Shown piece after piece: positions 56,299 to 64,000 of a stretch of DNA of 64,000 nucleotides. The DNA is from Antedon mediterranea. Its lineage: Eukaryota > Animalia > Echinodermata. The notes beneath the pieces are model-generated. The model did not search any database. It worked only from the letters and a program-made list of their open reading frames with translations, and was not told where the DNA came from. Position 1 is the stretch's first letter; each line of letters begins with the position of its first letter. The stretch spans positions 4,268,201-4,332,200 of the forward strand of contig NC_092670.1 in the NCBI RefSeq assembly GCF_964355755.1, in the 5' to 3' direction. Both the position numbers and the translations under genes were made by a program.

Positions 56299-57382
56299 AA
56301 GTACTTGCAATTTAAATAACATTAACATCCAAAACTATTTAAGATTGAAAGCCCAAAATAAAGTATTATGTGTTTTATGATGTTTATGATTGTATAAAAT
56401 AGATATCTAGTGTACAGTGGTGACGGTTGTCATTGATAACTTCTAGCACAGTAACAGTAATATTAAATCTATTTTGATAAGTAAGTATTAAGAAATATCA
56501 AAAACAGTAAATAGCCATTTGTAACATTTTTTAAAAACTAATGAAATAAAACATTATTAACTATCTTTAAAAAGAACATGTGAGGTTTTTTTGCCGACTG
56601 ACCATTGAGGTATAAAATTAAATACCTCCATGGACTGACTGTAAGACGTACGGCACCCATTGGACGTACTCGAAACTAAAACAAATAAGTGATGTCCACT
56701 AAAGAACATCGTCACCAAGGACAATGGTATGGTATGTGTAACATTATCCGGCTTGTTTTACACAGTTACTGGTTTACAAGGCAAGCATCTACAGACATTG
56801 TTGTACTTAATTAGCAAGTCCTGAACAACACCAATCGTTGTACGTGCTCTTCACTGATGATCTTTTAATATCAAACAACTAAATCGTAAGTAAATCTATC
56901 ATTTTTTAGTATTCAAAATTGTACATTTTAAAAATAGTAGTTAACTTTTAGTAAACATGACCTAAAAATCAGATTATCTTAATCTACATGCTGTTTTCCG
57001 ATTCAACCGCCTGTTTTGTTTCCTTATTATTTTGTAAACCCTTTTTATCGCTTTATTTTCTTAATTATGTCCTTATTTTATGCGTGTAGTTGGTGTATTG
57101 TGTAATAAATAGGTTATACTGTATTTAAAGCATACAATTGGCAAGTTGTCCCATAGTTGTCCTAATAACACGTTTTACAACATAACTAAAAGTATTATAC
57201 CGTACATAATACATTCTTCGTGTTTTCAGATACATTAATTAATTTTCTTATAATATAATGGGTGTTTCATTCGATCTATGCCTACTAAATAAAATGATAG
57301 GATGAGAGATAAATGAGTAGCCTAGTGAGAGATTAGTTTAGCATGGAGGTATAACCTCCATGAGTTTAGTAAGTAGTTTTAT

Positions 57383-57533
57383 TTCTGTCTACACTATCAA
57401 ACTAGTTTGCCAAAAAAATGTGATGTGTTCAAATATGGTACTGATTAATACGCTTATATGACATCATCATGTCCATAGGCCTATGTGCACATCACATTTT
57501 TTTGTCATAAAGTTTGATAGTGTAGATAAGGTT
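57383..57533. mobile_element. Family H MITE copy
   Basis: tctgtctacactatcaaact / agtttgatagtgtagata; partial copies also near 4970-5017, 36295-36398, 38345-38403. Confidence 0.72.
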
Positions 57534-58208
57534 TTAGACAAAAAGAGTGATTCATAATCTGCCATGGCCTGTGTTAGATACGTGATTCTAAAATTAATTT
57601 GACAGAAAACATTTGTAATACTAATGAAGCGAAATAAACACGAGCATTTAATGAGTGCAGTGACCATGCTTTTAATAAAACATTTTATGACCACCCACTT
57701 TGGTTGACCATGATTTGATGTTTAACGGTGCAAGCCAGCATTGGACAGTACGGATGATGTCCGGATGATTCAGTTTTGTTGTATAATTAGAATACTGTAT
57801 AGGCCTAAAGGCTGCTAAAACTATGCAAACATCATGGACAGGAATCTTCAACAACCACGAATAATGGATCTGAGCTAAGTCTTCCATAAAAATGGCATGA
57901 CGACAGTTCAAGGATCACAAGAAGGCAGGCCTCAATACATAAATAAATAAATTAGACACAGTTAGATTAAAACATTGAATGATAGAAAAACACGAAATAA
58001 CTAGAGTTCTAGATTTCCAACGTTTCTACTGTCGTTCCGTTAGTGGTTTAAATTGTTAAGTTAGTAGTTGATGAAGTTTGCGTCGTCAGTGGTTAAAATT
58101 AGGAGTTAATTTGTTTACGTTGGTTTAAGTGGTAAATGTACATTAGTGGTTGATGGTTGCCTTAGTGGCGATACAAACGAAAATAATTTGACTAATCATG
58201 ACGCGATG

Positions 58209-58595
58209 GATCCTGTTTTGTAGTTGGCCAACGTACTTGAGTTGCGCGTTAGATCCTGTCTTGTAGTTGGCCAACGTACTTGAGTTGCGCGTTAGGTCCT
58301 GTTTTGTAGTTGGCCAACGTACTTGAGTTGCGCGTTAGACCATGTCTTGTAGTTGGCCAACTTACTTGAGTTGCGCGTTAGATCCTGTCTTGTAGTTGGC
58401 CAACGTACTTGAGTTGCGCGTTAGACCCTGTCTTGTAGTTGGCCAACTTACTTGAGTTGCGCGTTAGATCCTGTCTTGTAGTTGGCCAACGTACTTGAGT
58501 TGCGCGTTAGGTCCTGTTTTGTAGTTGGCCAACGTACTTGAGTTGCGCGTTAGACCCTGTCTTGTAGTTGGCCAACTTACTTGAGTTGCGCGTTA
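58209..58595. repeat. Minisatellite, 43-bp unit, 9 copies
   Basis: (gatcctgtcttgtagttggccaacgtacttgagttgcgcgtta)n. Confidence 0.97.
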
Positions 58596-61500
58596 GTGGG
58601 ACGTCAATGACAAACCAAATGGAGAGAAATTAAAAACACAAAACTAGGATTGGATAATGCATGTTAGGAAGTTGGACAGAAAAACAACAAGTCTATGAAA
58701 GCCAACTATAGAAGACTTTAACAAAAGTCAAGAAATTATTACAAAATACAACAAACTGTATTACTAAATATGACGACGAGGAAATTTCCTCAGTTTTTTA
58801 AAACATCAATTTTGTAAACAAATACATCATATGAGCTTGTTTGTTTTGTTTAATTTGTATTTTTAATAATTATCTTATTTCCGCTCTAATTAATTTGCAT
58901 TGTTCTTTTTCTACCAATTTTATTTTGTACAAAAAAATATGTAATTGTACTTTGTGCAACTTCCTTTAATGCTATTCATATGTTGTAACAATTGTCTTAG
59001 AATTAGAGCAGGAATGTTTTTCATTATTTACGCCTACCTACCTTCCGTTTTATTGATACCAAAAAGAAACAATTTTTAGTTATTAGGGAAGATTGATAAA
59101 AGATATATTGTGTTTTTGTAATTTTTAGGTCAGTCGATGCATTTCAACAACACCAAAGAGAGCGCCACCATAAAAAGTGTCATCGTATTGTTTATTGTAT
59201 CAATGAGAATAATTGAAAACTAGTAGAAAACTTTTTTTTTTTTATAAAATTGTATCTTATTTTTTTATTTTAGGCAACTCTTCACAAGTTCTCGCTTTTT
59301 GGGTTTCGCCGCTCTTAATTGTATTTAATAATTATTAATTTATTAATTTAATTTTATCACAAACTTTGTACAAAAAGAAGAAAGAGAAATAAATGTTTTG
59401 AAATGAAAATAATGAAATGTGGTCCCTAAGGAACGGGATCCTAATAAAAGACAACATTAGGCCTGTATATCGTGATTTAATCGAATTAAAAAAAATTGAA
59501 AATTCATAATGCAAGTGAGTAACCTAAAATATGACTTTAAAATCCATAGGCCTATATACCAGTATCTTACAAAGTGCGCACCAATTTCTAAACTTAAGAT
59601 CAGTAGGCTTGCATGAGTATAATTTAGTTGACCCTTACAGTAGCTTATAGTGCATAATGTTCGCATGTTGGAAATGTTAGAAAGATGATGTATTGATGAC
59701 CGCAGCAGCTGATCTGTAAAAATGAGAAATCGTGAGAAAGTTATTTGGTTGAAAAGAATTATATATTACTGTATTTTGTTACGGTCAATTTCAATCCTGA
59801 TTTCTGGAAATGTGTGTTCTCTCAGTATTTAATCTTTCGGTTACCATATTCCTATGATATGTAGCGAGCGACCCACTCCTAATACCGTTCTTAATGGCAG
59901 AAAGAGACAACACAAATCTTTTTTTTATTTTCTAAAAAAAAAGTTATAGGCTTAGGCCCTTTCATCATTGTTTTTACTTCCAACACATTAATTGGTTGGT
60001 GAAGGATGTTATAAAAGTTTTGTATAAAGTATATGAAATATCGATAATTACAACAACAACAACATCTTTGTTAAAAGGTGATTTGACTTACTATATAAAA
60101 TAGTAAAGTAAGCCTAACGTACTTATTATTGTGTTAATGAACTCAAGCATTGTTTCAACACTCTTCGTTTCAACAAACACCAGGAAATATTCACAGCCGC
60201 GAATTTAAATAAAAATATGAGAAAATTAATATTTCCTTTATAAATCATTGAAGGAAGAAAAGGAAGCGTGCCTTTAGAATTATGATTTATTTGCATAGGA
60301 CTCACTGGGGAATGGTGTCTAACCCTCGCCGCCGGTCGCCGGTCATGATAAAATAAATGCTTTAAATAAGCCTACAATCCTTCAAATAAAATATTTACTG
60401 GCCATCTTTAAATATTTAAACAAGTTGCATCATAAGTATTTGAATAGTATTATTGATATAATATTATTAATATTGTCATTATCATTATTATATAATATTG
60501 TTTTTACGATAGGCCTACTTTGATTAATTAATTATTTTAATTATTTAATTCTGTTTATTTTATTTGTTTGATATTATATTAGAGATTTTTGTAATTATCG
60601 ATATAACTGCTTAAATGGTTAATTAATTAGATTAAAAATTAAATGTTTAAATATAAAACGAAATGTGTGTCCTGTGCAAAAAAAAGAAAAACACAAAATG
60701 AACGAGTTCCTTTGTTTGGCAATGATAATAATGAGACTTGTCCCCTAGCGATTTGATAGCACAAAAAAATTTCTTTGTTTGGGAAAAAAATTAGCATTAG
60801 GTACAATTAACATAATTACCTCTTCTGACACGTGACTTTTAAACGTTAGCAGCGCACAATAAGCGTGCTACGCATGGATGAAAAATCCAGTCTAGGTGGA
60901 GTTGATATACGGAACAAATAATCCATCTTCTCCTTTCCCGTATAAGATTCCAGAGTAATACATTATTAAATTTATAACGTGTGTCTTCTAGTTTTAACGA
61001 TTGTTTGTTTTAGGCCTATTTTCAAGTTTTATCAGCAATCAACCGTTCAGCATATTGGTGAGTTTATGTAGACATTATTTGTGCTTTAACCAATTATTAC
61101 TCAAACATTTACTGGTACTTTGTAATGCAGTAGTTGTAATTAAAATCCTCACATACAGGTTTAGGTGAAACTGTAATCTTAGCAAGCATGAGTATTTACA
61201 GGTATTCTACTCTTTTAGTTTATTCTAAATTACAATATCTTTTTTATATCTGTCTATTTTTTTTTATTGCTGAATTTAATCACTCAATCAAATTTCGGAG
61301 GTAAACATTTTTTTCTTTTATTGTGTTAATTTTAATTTTTTAATTAAATAGTGATTTTGTTTTTATTTTGGCAATGTTTAAGGGTTTTGTTTTATTTATT
61401 TAATAGTTTTGTTAAGCAATTATTCTAGGGCAAGGAAATACTTTTTTGGCTCCTCACGGTTCAAACGCACGACGTTTATGCTACTAATTACAAATTAACT

Positions 61501-61667
61501 TTGTTGAGTATTGTTTGCGGATGATCGTGCAAAGAGTATTACTTCTGGAATTCTGTTTAACAACAGACAAAATAGCGGCAAACGATCATAATGAAGTCAA
61601 CGATCTATGAGAGATTCGTCTGCCATCTGTCTTGCTATTTTGACTCAGTTCTACCATTTTTCTTACC

Positions 61668-61900
61668 CTCGTTCCATACATTGTTTTATCATTTTCAGTA
61701 AATTATAGAATTTTACTTGTCTTCAATTATTCTATAATTCTAGACTCTGTAGGATGTGTATTTAAATTTAAATTTTCTGACAATACGTCGTTCCATAATT
61801 TTTTTTTTTTTCAATATACAGTAAATTAGAGAATTTTACTCATCTTCAATTATTCTGTAATTCTAGACTCTGGTGGCTACAATGTCTATTTAAATGTTAT
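61668..61900. repeat. Diverged local direct duplication (about 120 bp x2)
   Basis: tcgttccata..cagtaaatta.agaattttact..tcttcaattattct.taattctagactctg occurs twice. Confidence 0.7.
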
Positions 61901-64000
61901 TTTCCCACAAACCAAAGAGTGAGTACAGTAAAATAAAGATGAATCGTAAAGTAAAGTGGCGTAGGTGAACCGTACCACCACGGAGGACGATGTAATATAG
62001 ATGATTCATAGACAAAAATAAACGATATATAAATGATATTTACTGTATGAAACCAGGGAAGAGTGAATCTTCCCTGATGAAATGAGTCACCAATTACATA
62101 AAAATACTAAACCAGTCTACTGGTAGGCATATTTTAAAGTTCAAATAATATAATTATTTTGTGGCAGTAATAATAAATAAAGTAAATCCTTCACTATGCC
62201 TCACTCATAAATCAAAATTTCTTAATTAATGGTAATTTTTATTTGAGCATAAAAGTATTTATAGATACTTATTTATAGTAATACTGTATCATAAAACTCC
62301 TCTCGAAAAAAAGCCCCCTCTGTGGTTTGTAAAAGTAATCTCGAAAAGAAGAGTTATTATCTTGAAATCAAACCCCGCTTCAAGATAGACTGCATTTTAA
62401 TGCCAAAGGAATATAAATATATGAAGATGTTTTAATGACCTTGCAACCCTTAATGACCTTACAACCCTTAATTATCTCAAGAATCAAGAATCAAGAATCA
62501 TATAATATATTCATTCTATTGTTTGGTACGTTGATTGCATCTTCTTCTTGTCTGCTTCGAGAATTTCAAAACTTACAGCATTCATTTCGAGAAGAAGCCT
62601 TCTTCAGCTTGGAAAAGTAATTTCGAAAAGAAGCCCAGCAAAGAGTTTTTTTAAGAGAAGCCCATGGGTTTTACGTTAGTATTTCAGAAACTTCCTATGA
62701 TTAATGATAAATAATGTTTTAATATAGTAGATTTAAAAAGCTCAGATATCTGCGTTTTCTGGGTCTAGGAAACTCAGATACTGCATGTATAATTATATCC
62801 GAGTTTTCTAGATCCGAGTTTGCTGAACACCTCCAGCACCGCTTTAGACCAAAGCAACCAGCTCGCAATGGGTGTGTGTTATAACGTCATGCCAGAATAA
62901 ATTATTGCGGCCCTTTCTTTAATATTGTTATAGCCTACCGGTGTTATTATACAGTTTTAATTTCTGTAATTTGTATTTTTAGTTTTGAAATTAAATTAAT
63001 TTTTAACATTTAACAGTACCACTGAACTTTTGATAGCGAAACAAGGCGTTGATAGTATTGTGTTTCTGTACTTTACTATAGTTCACAAAGTTGCAATGTG
63101 TGGTATCAATAATTAATTTTCAAAGTACTATTAATGATGTTTAAAAGATTACCACTTCATGAGTCATAGTGAATTTATTTCCTCTGTCTTAAGTGCTTTC
63201 GAAACAAACACTATGAATTGTTTCCAGATGTTATAGTTCTGGAAAATGATACTTCGATTTGAAAATTGCAAAATTATTAGACTTAAAGGAAATGTCTTCA
63301 TAAATCTTGACAAAACAAACGCAATGAATACGGTAAGACAAGACACCACTTTTAAATCATATACATTTTTCCATAGCCAATCAATAGCCTCAACATTGAG
63401 AAATGTTTCTCAGTAGACATCGGCCAGATTGCGTTTTTTGAAGCAATTCAAAAGTGATAATATATTCTTGTTATAGAATTTGAATAATGATCTTTACAAA
63501 ACAAGGTGAATGTGCTAATGATCTCTATCAAAGCGTATGAACGGCATACTAAAATAAATTTATAAAGTATCAAATCACCACAACTAAGTTTGTAAAAACT
63601 TGTATACATGTTCAAATCGAGGATTGTTACGCAATTCTCACACTAAATCTAAGGTAGACCTATACATATTAAAATTAGTTCGTAGACCTCTCAACTGGCC
63701 TTTAGCTAACACTTAATAAAATTTAATTAATCAATTTTGAATTGTGCAATAATCCGACAGATCATCCCATATCCTATACTTCAGCGTATTGGTAATTTGT
63801 CCATAATACAGCATAAACACAACACATCAATATTGTGTAGTCTTTAATCTAGCCTTGACCCACTTGAACTCTTTATGATACTTCTTATTAAATCATAAAA
63901 CTGGAATTATAAGGGTTAAAAACTCCGGGTAAGAATATAATATTATGCGACGTCTAGGTTGGGAGAGATCAGGTGACTGCTTTGCACAGTTAAAGTTTAT

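Noticed and set aside
58209-58595. 43-bp repeat resembling a CRISPR array
   Set aside because: No spacers; it is a plain minisatellite.
54000-64000. A second protein-coding gene in the 3' region
   Set aside because: Only short, low-complexity or TE-derived ORFs; no recognisable exon chain.

Overview
AT-rich eukaryotic (metazoan, probably marine invertebrate; inference only) genomic DNA dominated by one large plus-strand intron-exon gene: a polycystin-1 family member most similar to PKD1L1. I traced 59 coding exons by hand from 2903 to the stop at 53803. All introns are GT-AG with compatible phases, and the exons sum to 11,951 nt (about 3,980 codons); the 5' end lies upstream of the window. 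Domain order: about 15 PKD (Ig-like) repeats, REJ with an acidic low-complexity insert, GAIN/GPS with an intact HL|T site, TM1, PLAT/LH2, further TMs, TOP/polycystin channel domain, and a ~400-aa cytoplasmic tail. Introns and the 3' flank are full of non-autonomous mobile elements: a 5S rRNA-headed SINE, tRNA-derived SINEs, Deu/Nin-like SINEs, Kolobok-, Harbinger-, pogo- and hAT-like MITEs (including a nested set), Helentron-type fragments, LINE 3' ends and several minisatellites. No prokaryotic systems or CRISPR arrays are present. Most ORF-track entries are exon read-throughs or noise. All family assignments come from motif recognition, not from database searches.
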